The notes below the pieces were generated by a model that saw nothing but the letters and a program-made list of their open reading frames with translations, did not search any database and was not told the DNA's origin. The position numbers and the translations under genes are program-made. Below, in pieces: positions 26,375 to 35,993 of a stretch of DNA of 41,535 bases (the stretch's first letter is position 1; every line of letters starts with the position of its first letter). The DNA comes from a virus. Taxonomy: Duplodnaviria; Heunggongvirae; Uroviricota; Caudoviricetes. The DNA is taken from IMG/VR virus record IMGVR_UViG_2531839448_000006; one strand, given 5' to 3'.

Positions 26375-28789
26375 TTAATACAGGTTCCGCCACTGATCAT
26401 CTTCCTGCAAACGCTGGCTCCGATAGAAGATACGCAGGCCTGCTCCTGACGGAATACTGCCTCCGCGAAGGAGTAAATCGACCTCTTTCTCGCTGCCATC
26501 AAATCCTCTGGACTTCAGCTCATACACGAGCTGCAGTCGCTGATGGTCTGTAATTCGCTGTTTGTAGTCTTTACGCCGTTTCGGTTTCACCAGGCATAAC
26601 CTTGCTGCCAGTTCCCGGCGCTCTTTTTTGCTCATACTGTGCAGGTAATCGTGCAACTCCTTGTCATCCATGCTGGTAATGTCCGTTCTGGGGTCCCCAT
26701 CAGCTGATTTATCTTTCTCCTGTTGGTTCAAATTTTCAGCAAGGGGACAGTTATTGCCACGAGTCCAAGGGGCGCAAGCGCCCTGGTCGGCTGCCGCCTC
26801 CTGAACGTCAACGGCTTTACGAACCATTTTCCACTTCACTGCATGAGTGCAGATCTTGCCCTCTGCAATGGGTGACCAGATGCCATAAATACGAATACCG
26901 TGATCGCCATAGGCGGTCGGCTCTTCGTTGATTTCATAAGCGGTTCTGATGAGGTGATATTTACGGGGAACCAGTACGCCGCCCTGCTTCATGATGTAGG
27001 TGGCAAAGCAACCAGCATCAGCTGCAGCCAGAATGGCATCAAGGCGCTGGTTATCCAGTACCGGCGCACCTGCTTTTTTGTCACCCTGTTGCCTTGCCGC
27101 CTGACCAGCCAGCAATCGCAGTTCACGGTAAGCCTGACGCCCCGGAATGCCAAAGAAGCGGAATTGCTGAACACGATGCAGAGACGCCCAGGCATTAACG
27201 TATTCAGCGTTATCACGCAGAGATTTACCCGTTTCCTTGCTGATCTCGCCAGCCAGACCACGCCCGTCAATGTTCTTACTGATATATTTCGCGATGTAGC
27301 TTGTCGGCGTTCCTTTGCGCGGGTTAATCAACTCAGACTTAAAGCGCGGCCCAGTGTTATTGCCCAGCTCCTCGCGGTCTTCACGGATGGCAAACTTACG
27401 CAGTAATGCAGTGATGGCGCGGCGGTCTTTTTTGCGCATAAAACACAACAGGTGCCAGTGAACTGTACCGTCATGATGCGGCTCAGCCACCCGCACGCCA
27501 TACCAGCGCAATCCGGCTTTGTGCATCGCCTTACGAAATGCAGCAAACATGCCGACCAGATAGTCGCTGCTTTGTCTTACCGTCGAGTTTGTCCAGGTCG
27601 GGTTGGGTCTGCCGTTATTGAGCGTGGAATGGAAACGCGACGGACAGGTGATAGTGTAGAAAACGGCGCAGTCACCGCGCATTTCCGCGATAAGCTCCAG
27701 ACCTTTAACACAGGCCATCATCTCATTGCGGCGATGCGCCGGGTTGCTGCTGCTGGCGTTTACCACATCTTCCATATCCAGCGTGTCGCCGTCTTCGTTC
27801 ACCAGTTCATGAGAACGGAAAAACTCCAGCGACTTACGGCGCTGCTCACGTTTATGCATCACGGCTTCATAGCTGACATAGGGGGATGCTTTTTTGCTGA
27901 CCAGGCAGACAGCACGCAACTGCTCTTCCCGCCATTCGCAACGCATCTTCCATAATTTCCGATACCACCAGTCGGCACACAACATACGCGCCAGCGAACC
28001 CGGAATGAGTTCATAGGGCACGGGTTTACGGCGGTTTCTTTTCCGACGGAGTTGCTCAAACGCAGGCGGAATAACATCCAGACGCAGGGTTTCCGCTGCC
28101 ACCTTTTCCCATGTTTTGCGGATTTCTTCTGGCTTAACGTCATCGGTGGCATACAAATCACCACAAGCGGCATCAAGGCACATGCTCATATGCGCAGCGA
28201 CAAGGGTGGACAGGCGCTTCACCTGATCCTGACTCATTTCAGGCAGGATAAGCAGGCCATCCAGCCCTTCATGGCTTGCCATAAAGCGAAAAGAAGTGGA
28301 TAGCTGACAGTCGCGGACATGCTCCAGTCGTTCCAGACATGGCTTAATCGTCTCACGCAAATAGCGGGAATAAGCCTTTGGCCTGCCCAGGCTGCTGAAA
28401 TATTCAATACGTTGCATCAGCGGCTTGCTGATATGGGAAGGCTGGGCGTTGACGTCAGCCAGAATGACCATGTCCGGATTAAAACGCTGCTGCTCATGCG
28501 CCAGCTTTGCCCGGCTAATGAGCTTATCCTGCTCCATTTCGCGCTGGACAGGATCACGGGATTCATTAAAGAAATAACGCTCCCAGACCTGATCACTCAG
28601 TGCCTCGCGGCGCAGTTGTTCCTGCTCGTTATCGGCAGCGTACAGAGTGATCAGGTTTGAAAGTGCAGAAACCGGCGCAACTTCCGCCGGGTCCAGATAA
28701 GGGTTAATGGCCTTTTTTGGGCTGTTCCATGAGAATGCTGCGGCGACCTCGTTAAAGCCGCTGCAGTTGTTCATATCAGCATGGCTCAT
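26375..28789 (-). CDS. A: Replication initiation endonuclease A (rolling-circle initiator)
   Basis: Large ORF at the P2 gene A position; track start is TTG at 28816, first ATG at 28787-28789 overlaps the dam stop codon (ATGA). Confidence 0.8.
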   Translation of the reverse strand: MSHADMNNCSGFNEVAAAFSWNSPKKAINPYLDPAEVAPVSALSNLITLYAADNEQEQLRREALSDQVWERYFFNESRDPVQREMEQDKLISRAKLAHEQQRFNPDMVILADVNAQPSHISKPLMQRIEYFSSLGRPKAYSRYLRETIKPCLERLEHVRDCQLSTSFRFMASHEGLDGLLILPEMSQDQVKRLSTLVAAHMSMCLDAACGDLYATDDVKPEEIRKTWEKVAAETLRLDVIPPAFEQLRRKRNRRKPVPYELIPGSLARMLCADWWYRKLWKMRCEWREEQLRAVCLVSKKASPYVSYEAVMHKREQRRKSLEFFRSHELVNEDGDTLDMEDVVNASSSNPAHRRNEMMACVKGLELIAEMRGDCAVFYTITCPSRFHSTLNNGRPNPTWTNSTVRQSSDYLVGMFAAFRKAMHKAGLRWYGVRVAEPHHDGTVHWHLLCFMRKKDRRAITALLRKFAIREDREELGNNTGPRFKSELINPRKGTPTSYIAKYISKNIDGRGLAGEISKETGKSLRDNAEYVNAWASLHRVQQFRFFGIPGRQAYRELRLLAGQAARQQGDKKAGAPVLDNQRLDAILAAADAGCFATYIMKQGGVLVPRKYHLIRTAYEINEEPTAYGDHGIRIYGIWSPIAEGKICTHAVKWKMVRKAVDVQEAAADQGACAPWTRGNNCPLAENLNQQEKDKSADGDPRTDITSMDDKELHDYLHSMSKKERRELAARLCLVKPKRRKDYKQRITDHQRLQLVYELKSRGFDGSEKEVDLLLRGGSIPSGAGLRIFYRSQRLQEDDQWRNLY

Positions 28790-29643
28790 GCACGCACTCC
28801 GTACACGGCGGAACAATCCACGCCACGCGAAGGATCAAATCCTATCCAGCAGCGCGGCCCGGCAACAGCAATGATTTCTGTTGCAGATTTACTCTCACCA
28901 GCTGCCACGCCGATGCTGCGTTTTGCCTTGATGTAGTGGTGAGTAAAATTGCGATACAGCGAACGGATCAGGGATGTGTCACTGTTAGAAATAATGACCG
29001 GATATCCTTCTGATGACCAATGTTCAAGAACAGATGCCAGGTGATACTGGTCATCTTCAGTGAAACCATCAGTGTGATAGCCGGAAAACGTACCGTCATA
29101 AGGCGGATCGCAATACACCACATCCCCCGCGTGCAACATCGCCAGCGTTTCATCGAAGCTGGCGCAGATAAACGTTGCCCGCTGGGCTTTTACTGCAAAT
29201 GCACGAATTTCTTTTTCAGGAAAATACGGATTTTTATAATTACCGTAGGGAATGTTGAAATGCCCGCTCTTGTTATAGCGACATAAACCACGGTAACCGT
29301 GACGATTGAGATACAGGAAATATATCGCTTTCATAAAATCAGTAATTTCAGTTGAGTAATTAAACTCCTGCCTTATGTTGTAATAATCCATCTCCCTGTT
29401 TGCGTTCTCAAATAAAACTCTGGCGCGAGATATAAACGATTCACAATCAGCGGCAACCTTTTTATAGAGGTTGATTAAATCAGGATTAATATCCGCAACC
29501 AGATAGCTGGGATAATCCGTCTCCATCATCACAGCACAGGAACCCGCGAAAGGTTCAACCAGTCGCGGGCCAGCAGGAAGATGTTTTTTCAGTTCGGACA
29601 TTATGGCAGTTTTATTTCCCGCCCATTTCAGGATGGTGCTCAT
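28786..29643 (-). CDS. dam: DNA adenine methyltransferase (Dam-like, N6-adenine)
   Basis: Catalytic DPPY motif ([10 protein letters not shown]) and N-terminal KWAGNK...FAGS AdoMet-binding region; ATG at 29641-29643 with GGAGG RBS. Confidence 0.85.
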   Translation of the reverse strand: MSTILKWAGNKTAIMSELKKHLPAGPRLVEPFAGSCAVMMETDYPSYLVADINPDLINLYKKVAADCESFISRARVLFENANREMDYYNIRQEFNYSTEITDFMKAIYFLYLNRHGYRGLCRYNKSGHFNIPYGNYKNPYFPEKEIRAFAVKAQRATFICASFDETLAMLHAGDVVYCDPPYDGTFSGYHTDGFTEDDQYHLASVLEHWSSEGYPVIISNSDTSLIRSLYRNFTHHYIKAKRSIGVAAGESKSATEIIAVAGPRCWIGFDPSRGVDCSAVYGVRA

Positions 29644-29867
29644 ACAGCACCTCCGTTGTAATGTTTGCCTTTCAGCTCTGCGATTTCCTGACAGGTAATG
29701 CAAAGCTGCACACCCGGAATGGCACGGCGGCGTGCTGGCGGAATTGGCGCTTCACACTCAATGCAAAGCACGCGGGACACGCCCGGCGTTTTGGCACGGG
29801 CAGCACGGATATGGCGTTGGCGTTCTTCTTCAACGCGCTGCTGTACGAGATCCATTGCATCAGCCAT
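29640..29867 (-). CDS. TraR/DksA-family C4 zinc-finger protein
   Basis: 75 aa with CIECEAPIPPARRRAIPGVQLCITCQ four-cysteine motif; stop overlaps dam start. Confidence 0.7.
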   Translation of the reverse strand: MADAMDLVQQRVEEERQRHIRAARAKTPGVSRVLCIECEAPIPPARRRAIPGVQLCITCQEIAELKGKHYNGGAV

Positions 29868-30106
29868 TAGTGGATCTCCTGCGCTTCGTTCTGGATTGCT
29901 TCAGCAGTCACACGAAGCAGTTCTGCCGCTTCCACGTGGTTTAGCTGGCGGGATGAGATATGACACGCCAGGCTATCAAGGCGAGCTGCCATTGCTTCAG
30001 CCCTTGCCCGGCGTTCTTCCAGACGAGCCTCTGTCAGTAAAATATTAAGCCCTGCGTCAGCCGGTCCGGTTTTGGTCGAGAGGGTTTCAATATTACGCAT
30101 AATCAA
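29867..30106 (-). CDS. Hypothetical early-operon protein
   Basis: 79-aa ORF in the early operon; start of downstream gene overlaps its stop (TAATG). Confidence 0.5.
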   Translation of the reverse strand: MIMRNIETLSTKTGPADAGLNILLTEARLEERRARAEAMAARLDSLACHISSRQLNHVEAAELLRVTAEAIQNEAQEIH

Positions 30107-30167
30107 TTCTCCTGAATTTAGATAAAGGGATGCCCGGCGGGTTTACGCCATTAATTTCATTAGTTGG

Positions 30168-30509
30168 TTAATTCGGCATGGTTAGCCGTCTGGGGAATAA
30201 GCTCACCACTGCACGAAAATGATTCATTGCTTTAATCAACTCCCGCTTTTCGTCAGTGGTCAGCTCATTAATGCTGATGCTATGACGTTCAGCTGGAATT
30301 TTTGCCATAAAGAATATGGCAGCCAGTGCCCGTTTATTTTGTTCGCTATTAATATCGCGTGGATCACGCATATCTTTAATAAACCGTTCAAGCTCTGACT
30401 CAATATTCAGACCAAAAACTTTCGCCCTTAACTCCGCAATGTGATTAAGTCCATTCAGGCGTTCACCGGGGCCTAATGGAACAGTCGCCGCAGCGCCATT
30501 AATTGCCAT
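30168..30509 (-). CDS. Hypothetical early-operon protein
   Basis: 113-aa ORF co-oriented in the early operon; no recognisable motif. Confidence 0.5.
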   Translation of the reverse strand: MAINGAAATVPLGPGERLNGLNHIAELRAKVFGLNIESELERFIKDMRDPRDINSEQNKRALAAIFFMAKIPAERHSISINELTTDEKRELIKAMNHFRAVVSLFPRRLTMPN

Positions 30510-30531
30510 AATTCATATTCCCAAAACGCAA

Positions 30532-30756
30532 CTATCGCTCTTTGTTCTTACGGTAACGCTCAAGAGGAGATATATTTTTTCGTATCATCTCTTTAACCTG
30601 CTCTCCCCGTAAAAACGTCCCATCCTTTAGCGTGAAAAAGTAACTGCCATCGCCCGACAACGACGGATAACAACAGAGCAAATCATCTTCAGATACTGAA
30701 TAACTCTCCCCTCTGTAACGAAACTGATAAACCACTTCACTTTCCGCTGCATACAT
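30532..30756 (-). CDS. Hypothetical protein (overlaps the next ORF in another frame)
   Basis: 74-aa ORF; overlaps 30627..30953 by 130 nt, so one of the two is spurious or the pair is a frameshifted gene. Confidence 0.3.
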   Translation of the reverse strand: MYAAESEVVYQFRYRGESYSVSEDDLLCCYPSLSGDGSYFFTLKDGTFLRGEQVKEMIRKNISPLERYRKNKER

Positions 30757-30953
30757 TTTGACTTTCTTCGTATCCCCGTGGTCAATTCAGACAGCAATTC
30801 ATCTTGTGAACGGCACGGATGCCAGCGTTTACCATCCTCACCCATGATCCAGCCGTGACCGTAGTGCATTGCCGGGCTTTGTTTTACCAGCAGCGATGCA
30901 AATGATGGTTCTTTCGTCAGCATAAGCACCTCACAGCAAACCGAATGAAGCAC
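30627..30953 (-). CDS. Hypothetical protein (alternative start MLTKEPSF at 30923)
   Basis: 108-aa ORF immediately downstream of CII-like gene; 130-nt out-of-frame overlap with 30532..30756. Confidence 0.35.
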   Translation of the reverse strand: MLHSVCCEVLMLTKEPSFASLLVKQSPAMHYGHGWIMGEDGKRWHPCRSQDELLSELTTGIRRKSKCMQRKVKWFISFVTEGRVIQYLKMICSVVIRRCRAMAVTFSR

Positions 30954-31440
30954 CGAGGCCAGTCACGGTATCAACTGCACTCGCCATCGCAGGATTAGCC
31001 TGTAAACGGGCCTGCAATGAAACAGCAGCCAGCGCCATCAGTCGTGTTACAGAGTTAATGCTGCTGATAGCATCACGACGACCTGCACTGGTTTTTACAT
31101 CGCCAGATACCGCACCTGCAGCAACACGCCCGATCTCTGCGGTTGCACTCATGACGTAATGTGGCAGTTTCTCTTTTGCCACCTCATTAATCGGTACACA
31201 TGGCAGACAATGAATCTGTGCCAGAAAACCATCTATCAGCGTTGAGTCTTCTGTCAGATCGGTAAGCAGCCAGATTTCTGGCGCATTGAGCTGATGCGGT
31301 TGATCTGGGTTGAGTTTGTTTCGCAGTGTCTGAACATTCATTCCTGCACGTTCTGCCAGCTTCGCCATATTGTGACGTAGTGCAAAAGCTCTACAGGCTT
31401 CATCAAAATACGGATGTTTGGAAATCTTGTAATCAAACAT
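30931..31440 (-). CDS. cII: Phage 186 CII-like transcriptional activator
   Basis: 169 aa, the same length as 186 CII; N-terminal HTH-like region; GGGGG RBS; sits just inside the lytic operon after the Apl-like gene. Family assignment from memory. Confidence 0.6.
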   Translation of the reverse strand: MFDYKISKHPYFDEACRAFALRHNMAKLAERAGMNVQTLRNKLNPDQPHQLNAPEIWLLTDLTEDSTLIDGFLAQIHCLPCVPINEVAKEKLPHYVMSATAEIGRVAAGAVSGDVKTSAGRRDAISSINSVTRLMALAAVSLQARLQANPAMASAVDTVTGLGASFGLL

Positions 31441-31555
31441 GCTGCCCCCTTAGAAAGTTCCCATAATTGAACTTACTTACCAACAATGACGCGGAAGTTG
31501 GAATGTCCGAGGGATTCACGGACCTGATCAGTTTTGTACATCAGATAACGCAGAC

Positions 31556-31714
31556 TTACGCGGCCTTTGTTTTTTCTTTCTTGACCATGTACTTAGCAAG
31601 TTGACCATGGTGAATTTTTTGGTAAACAGAGCCGCGGGAAATGCCCTCCCACTCTGCGAACTCTGCAGGTGTTGCCATCTCTTTTGGTACACGAATTGAA
31701 ATATCAGTACTCAT
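31556..31714 (-). CDS. Small HTH protein, Apl/Cox/excisionase-like (first gene of lytic operon)
   Basis: Manually translated 52-aa ORF (MSTDISIRVPKEMATPAEFAEWEGISRGSVYQKIHHGQLAKYMVKKEKTKAA), below the ORF-track length cutoff; divergent from the repressor gene across a 121-bp switch region. Confidence 0.5.
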   Translation of the reverse strand: MSTDISIRVPKEMATPAEFAEWEGISRGSVYQKIHHGQLAKYMVKKEKTKAA

Positions 31715-31801
31715 AGTGCAGTATCTCTTACTTTGTGTGCGTGTTAGTTCGTTTTAGCCCGTCTCTTAAACTCTCACATCAAGAGACAAGAAAACATTAC
31801 G

Positions 31802-31816
31802 ATCTTGATTCAAGAT
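31802..31816. promoter_or_regulatory. Candidate operator palindrome in the lysis-lysogeny switch region
   Basis: Perfect 15-bp palindrome ATCTTGATTCAAGAT 20 bp upstream of the repressor ATG; a second inverted repeat GTCTCTT...AAGAGAC at 31761-31787. Confidence 0.3.
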
Positions 31817-31835
31817 TGTCAAATGGAGATTACCA

Positions 31836-32468
31836 ATGTTAAACATCAGAATGGGTTCCGATACGGGAGGTAAAGCAGCTATTGAGAGGCTGCTTGCGGC
31901 TTATGGATTCACAACTAAGCAGGCATTAAGTGAGCACCTGAATGTCTCAAAAAGCACTATGGCAAACAGAGTGTTACGTGACAGCTTTCCTGCTGACTGG
32001 ATAATTCAGTGCGCACTAGAAACCGGTGTTTCGTTGCTTTGGTTAGCTACAGGACAGGGAAGCATGAAAGCAGGATCTGAGACTGAAAAAAGATCTCATA
32101 ATGAGAACAAACAAGCAATTAAACCGTTATCTAAACTCATAACTCCATCTATTCCTAAAGGAACCTTGGAGAATGGACAACTCAGTATTGATGAAGAGAT
32201 TTTCCTAGACCACAGCATATTACCTGCAAATTATGAAGAATCGATGTTCTTAGAAACCCCTACTGATTGTTATCTCATCGATAAATCAGTTAAACAAGTC
32301 AGCAATGGATTCTGGCTTATCAATATTGATGGAATGATTATTATTGCAAAAATTATGCGGATTCCCGGCAATAAGATTGTAGTAAATCAAGATGAAGCGT
32401 CTTTCGAGTGCTCTGCTGATGATGTGGAAGTTATTGGGCGTGCAGTCAAAGTAATAAAGAGTATCTAA
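31836..32468 (+). CDS. cI: CI-like immunity repressor (186 type)
   Basis: 210 aa with N-terminal HTH (TKQALSEHLNVSKSTMANRV); no obvious S24 peptidase Ser/Lys autocleavage motif; transcribed with int. Confidence 0.7.
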   Translation: MLNIRMGSDTGGKAAIERLLAAYGFTTKQALSEHLNVSKSTMANRVLRDSFPADWIIQCALETGVSLLWLATGQGSMKAGSETEKRSHNENKQAIKPLSKLITPSIPKGTLENGQLSIDEEIFLDHSILPANYEESMFLETPTDCYLIDKSVKQVSNGFWLINIDGMIIIAKIMRIPGNKIVVNQDEASFECSADDVEVIGRAVKVIKSI

Positions 32469-32470
32469 AC

Positions 32471-33487
32471 ATGACTGTCAGAAAACAGCCAAACGGCAAA
32501 TGGTTGTGTGAGTGCTATCCCAATGGACGCAATGGCAAGCGCGTGCGTAAGCAATTTGCTACGAAAGGAGAAGCCATTGCTTTTGAAAGCTTCACAATGG
32601 AAGAAGTGAATAAAAAACCGTGGCTAGGTGAAAAGGATGATCGGCGACGCCTATCAGAATTAATTGAGCTTTGGTATTCCCTGTATGGCCAGACACTCGC
32701 AGACCCCAAGCGCCTCATGGCGAAACTTAGAATTATCTGTAATGGTCTAGGCGACCCCATCGCCTCAGAACTGACAGCCGGTGACTTTACAAAATACCGC
32801 GAAGCACGGTTAAAAGGCGACGTTCGTAACGAAGACGGCACACTAATGTCGCCAGTAAAACCACGCACGGTGAATCTTGAGCAACGTAACCTATCATCGG
32901 TTTTCGGCACATTGAAAAAACTAGGCCACTGGTCAGCACCAAATCCTCTCGCCGGGCTGCCAACATTTAAAATCGCTGAGGGGGAACTGGCGTTCCTGAC
33001 CTCGGAAGAAATTAAACGTCTGCTAGATGCCTGCGCTGATTCTCAAAACCCCAGTCTGCTTTTGATTGCAAAAATATGCCTGGCCACCGGCGCACGCTGG
33101 AGTGAAGCCGAAAACCTGCAGGGCCATCAGTTATCTAAATACCGCATCACTTATACCAAGACGAAGGGCAAGAAAAACCGCACCGTGCCGATATCTCAAG
33201 ATCTGTATGACGAACTCCCCAAGAACAGAGGGAAGCTATTCACCCCGTGCAGAAAAGCCTTTGAACGGGCAGTAAAGCGAGCTGGCATCGAGCTGCCAGA
33301 GGGCCAATGCACTCACGTGCTACGTCATACATTCGCCAGTCATTTTATGATGAATGGCGGAAACATACTGGTCCTACGCGATATTCTGGGCCATGCCGAT
33401 ATAAAAATGACGATGATTTACGCCCACTTTTCGCCGGATCATCTTGAAGATGCAGTTACTAAAAACCCTTTATGCAACTTAAGATAG
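32471..33487 (+). CDS. int: Tyrosine integrase
   Basis: 338 aa; C-terminal catalytic region with R...HxxRH...Y pattern (VLRHTFASHF...MIYAHF); position after the repressor as in P2/186. Confidence 0.9.
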   Translation: MTVRKQPNGKWLCECYPNGRNGKRVRKQFATKGEAIAFESFTMEEVNKKPWLGEKDDRRRLSELIELWYSLYGQTLADPKRLMAKLRIICNGLGDPIASELTAGDFTKYREARLKGDVRNEDGTLMSPVKPRTVNLEQRNLSSVFGTLKKLGHWSAPNPLAGLPTFKIAEGELAFLTSEEIKRLLDACADSQNPSLLLIAKICLATGARWSEAENLQGHQLSKYRITYTKTKGKKNRTVPISQDLYDELPKNRGKLFTPCRKAFERAVKRAGIELPEGQCTHVLRHTFASHFMMNGGNILVLRDILGHADIKMTMIYAHFSPDHLEDAVTKNPLCNLR

Positions 33488-33801
33488 AGTAACTTATGAA
33501 AATAAACTCAAATTATTTACAAATATAATATTCAGCAGGTTATCCATTCTTATTTAACTCTTCAGACTGAGATTAGATTTTATTTATAGAATAAGATAAT
33601 TTCATATCACAAAAAACCTGTAAGCCCTCATCTTTGTTGTATAAAAACATAAAAGATGCCATATTTAAAAAAGTAGAAAAGCATTGCAATGCAACATTAA
33701 AAATAAACCAATAAAAACCAGTCATTAGAAAGTGAAAAAAAACAAAAACATTTTTTATCAAAGCTTCAGTCTGACTACTAGTTGGACTCTGCAATTAACT
33801 A

Positions 33802-33833
33802 TCAAGATGATCAATATTTATTGATCATCTTGA
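33802..33833. repeat. Perfect 32-bp palindrome carrying two GATC sites
   Basis: TCAAGATGATCAATATTTATTGATCATCTTGA: 14-bp arms with a 4-nt centre, 33 bp downstream of the kinase-deaminase stop codon; not followed by a T-run on either strand. Confidence 0.6.
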
Positions 33834-33865
33834 AGTTGCCCTCAGGAAAGATGAGTATAATATTT

Positions 33866-35608
33866 CTACTCAAGAAGATATTCTAACTCATCTTTTATCG
33901 GGATAACTTGCTCATAAAGTCGGTGATATGACTTCCCAATTGCGCCTCTGAATTGTATTAACTTTGGTGGCTTGTTACCTATATTAATAATATGGTCTTG
34001 AGCTATACCTGGGTAGGGATCAATAAATACAATTTCAGATATACCTAACTGATAAGCTTTTTTCGCACACAGCTCACAGGGACTGGCAGTTGTATATAAC
34101 CTCCCCCCCTGAACGCCAATGCCACCATATTTTGCAAGTTGTAAAAATGCGTTTTCCTCAGCATGTAATGCACGTGTATGAACTTGATTACCTTTTTTAT
34201 CTTTATCAAGATCATTATGTATATCTTTAAAACAATAAGATAAGTTCCTGCCTCTATAAATATCACCAGTTTTATCTATCGCCCTAAAATTTAATAGTTT
34301 CTCATTAGCTTTAATTCTGAAAGAACTATTATTTCTCTCATAATGACTGTACACTTTTTCATCAAAGTCGTTCATTAGGCCATCTAGCGATCTCATAGAG
34401 CAAGGAATCTGACCGTTGGCGACATCATTCCAACCCACTGATTTTATTGAATTTTCACCATCAGTTACTACAGCTCCCACCTGTCTAGATATACAACCAG
34501 AGTTTAATTTTACCGTATACGCAACTTGCATAACCCTTTCCATTGCAGTAGGTGTTATCAGACCAGGATGCTTCATCAGTGCGATGTACCACGCTAATTG
34601 TGCTTTTAAAATATTGTCATTATCAAATTCATTTTTTGGGTTAAAAATGTGTATATCTGATAGTTCAATGCATTTAGTTACATTTGGATTAGTGAGATGT
34701 TTGTAAGAGTTATCACCTTTACCTGACTCTACAGAATCTATTTCCTCTATCTGCTTTTCAGAAAACTTATGTAGTTTCCGCAAATAGTTTGTTCGATGTT
34801 CATCTGGGGCATTTATTGACATTAAATGAAATGCAGAATATCTATCCTTAAAAAATTTTGCTTCATATGGATTTCTAATAGCATCTATGACAATTAATGC
34901 GTTATCTCTTTTGCTTTTTCTTATTAATTTAATAACCCTATTAATAGTTTCCGGCAAATGAAAAACAGATTTAGGTATAAACTCTTTATCTTCAAAATCG
35001 ACTTCAATACGCCCACGGCGTCTAATTGACTTACCTGCTAACTGATAGACTGAAACATATAAATTTGAGTTTATCGCATTTAGTTCAGCTTTGAATTCCT
35101 TAGTAAATTTTCTAACTAACCTCAAAATTGATATAAATTTATTAATCGTTTTTTCATTAAGCTTCAATTCACTATTATGATCAAGCAAATTCTCAATTAC
35201 ATTTTTAAATCTTGTTAAAATGAGATTATCTGAAAATACACCAAAAGTTAATACATTATCTAAATGCTCTTTACTGATAGATTTATTAGATGATAGAATA
35301 AACTCAGAAGCTTCTTCAACTGTTAACATCAAAAGATACGCTGAGATTAGGTCACTCACCTTAATTGAGTAAAAATTTTCCCAGTGATTTTCTGCGAATT
35401 TTTTAACTATATTATAACGATGGACATCCAATCCCTTGTAAAAACCCTGTAATTTACTTACATCAGGGAAGACTGTTTTTTCGTTTTCAAGAATATTAGC
35501 TGTTGTTGTGCAACCAGAACCAGTTCGACCTGTCAAACCGACTAAAATAAACTGCCCATTTTCAAGGAAAAGCTCACTAACGAATTTTTTTCTTTCATCA
35601 CGTCCCAC
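33866..35608 (-). CDS. P-loop NTPase/kinase-like plus cytidine/dCMP-deaminase fusion protein (dCTP-deaminase-type defence candidate)
   Basis: 580 aa; N-terminal glycine-rich P-loop-like motif GLTGRTGSGCTT; C-terminal zinc-deaminase signature HAEENA ... PCELC about 30 residues apart; AT-rich gene. Confidence 0.65.
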   Translation of the reverse strand: MGRDERKKFVSELFLENGQFILVGLTGRTGSGCTTTANILENEKTVFPDVSKLQGFYKGLDVHRYNIVKKFAENHWENFYSIKVSDLISAYLLMLTVEEASEFILSSNKSISKEHLDNVLTFGVFSDNLILTRFKNVIENLLDHNSELKLNEKTINKFISILRLVRKFTKEFKAELNAINSNLYVSVYQLAGKSIRRRGRIEVDFEDKEFIPKSVFHLPETINRVIKLIRKSKRDNALIVIDAIRNPYEAKFFKDRYSAFHLMSINAPDEHRTNYLRKLHKFSEKQIEEIDSVESGKGDNSYKHLTNPNVTKCIELSDIHIFNPKNEFDNDNILKAQLAWYIALMKHPGLITPTAMERVMQVAYTVKLNSGCISRQVGAVVTDGENSIKSVGWNDVANGQIPCSMRSLDGLMNDFDEKVYSHYERNNSSFRIKANEKLLNFRAIDKTGDIYRGRNLSYCFKDIHNDLDKDKKGNQVHTRALHAEENAFLQLAKYGGIGVQGGRLYTTASPCELCAKKAYQLGISEIVFIDPYPGIAQDHIINIGNKPPKLIQFRGAIGKSYHRLYEQVIPIKDELEYLLE

Positions 35609-35793
35609 TTATGAATGTAAGAATATTCAACATATTAATTATAATTTATTAACTCATTTTGTTCTAGATACTTGATGTAATGGCGGCACTTTGGCGACGG
35701 AGCATTAAAAACGCGTAAGACGAGCAAATACAACAAAACACTAACACATTGTTTTTAAATATAAATAGCTGTTTTTACTATACTAAAAATGGT

Positions 35794-35831
35794 ATGTAGG
35801 AATTTCGGACGCGGGTTCAACTCCCGCCAGC
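35794..35831 (+). other. 38-bp remnant of the tmRNA (ssrA) 3-prime end (att-site-like island boundary)
   Basis: ATGTAGGAATTTCGGACGCGGGTTCAACTCCCGCCAGC matches the 3-prime region of E. coli ssrA as I recall it, lacking the terminal TCCACCA and all upstream tmRNA sequence. Confidence 0.6.
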
Positions 35832-35963
35832 CAATCATGATTGGACGGTATAAGGACAACACCAATAAAAACAGTAAGTTAGCAGTCTCAGCAGGACACC
35901 GACCAGACGGTGAAGAGACATAAAAGGATACGCAAAGGAGCCGCGGCTCCTGGTGACATGAAA

Positions 35964-35984
35964 GCCCACAGATGTGGGCTTTTT
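35964..35984. terminator. Terminator-like hairpin
   Basis: Stem GCCCAC / GTGGGC with AGAT loop followed by TTTTT on the plus strand; lies 10 bp beyond the stop of the minus-strand autotransporter fragment. Confidence 0.4.
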
Positions 35985-35993
35985 CGTTGATGG

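Noticed and set aside
26900-27406. 168-aa plus-strand ORF inside replication gene A
   Set aside because: Antisense to the A coding region; no independent signals.
33573-33794. 73-aa minus-strand ORF in the AT-rich spacer after int
   Set aside because: Begins with TTG, no RBS, low-complexity product in very AT-rich intergenic DNA.
35794-35831. Possible complete tmRNA (ssrA) gene
   Set aside because: Only the last 38 nt match; the tag-coding and upstream tRNA-like parts are absent and the CCA-end region diverges.
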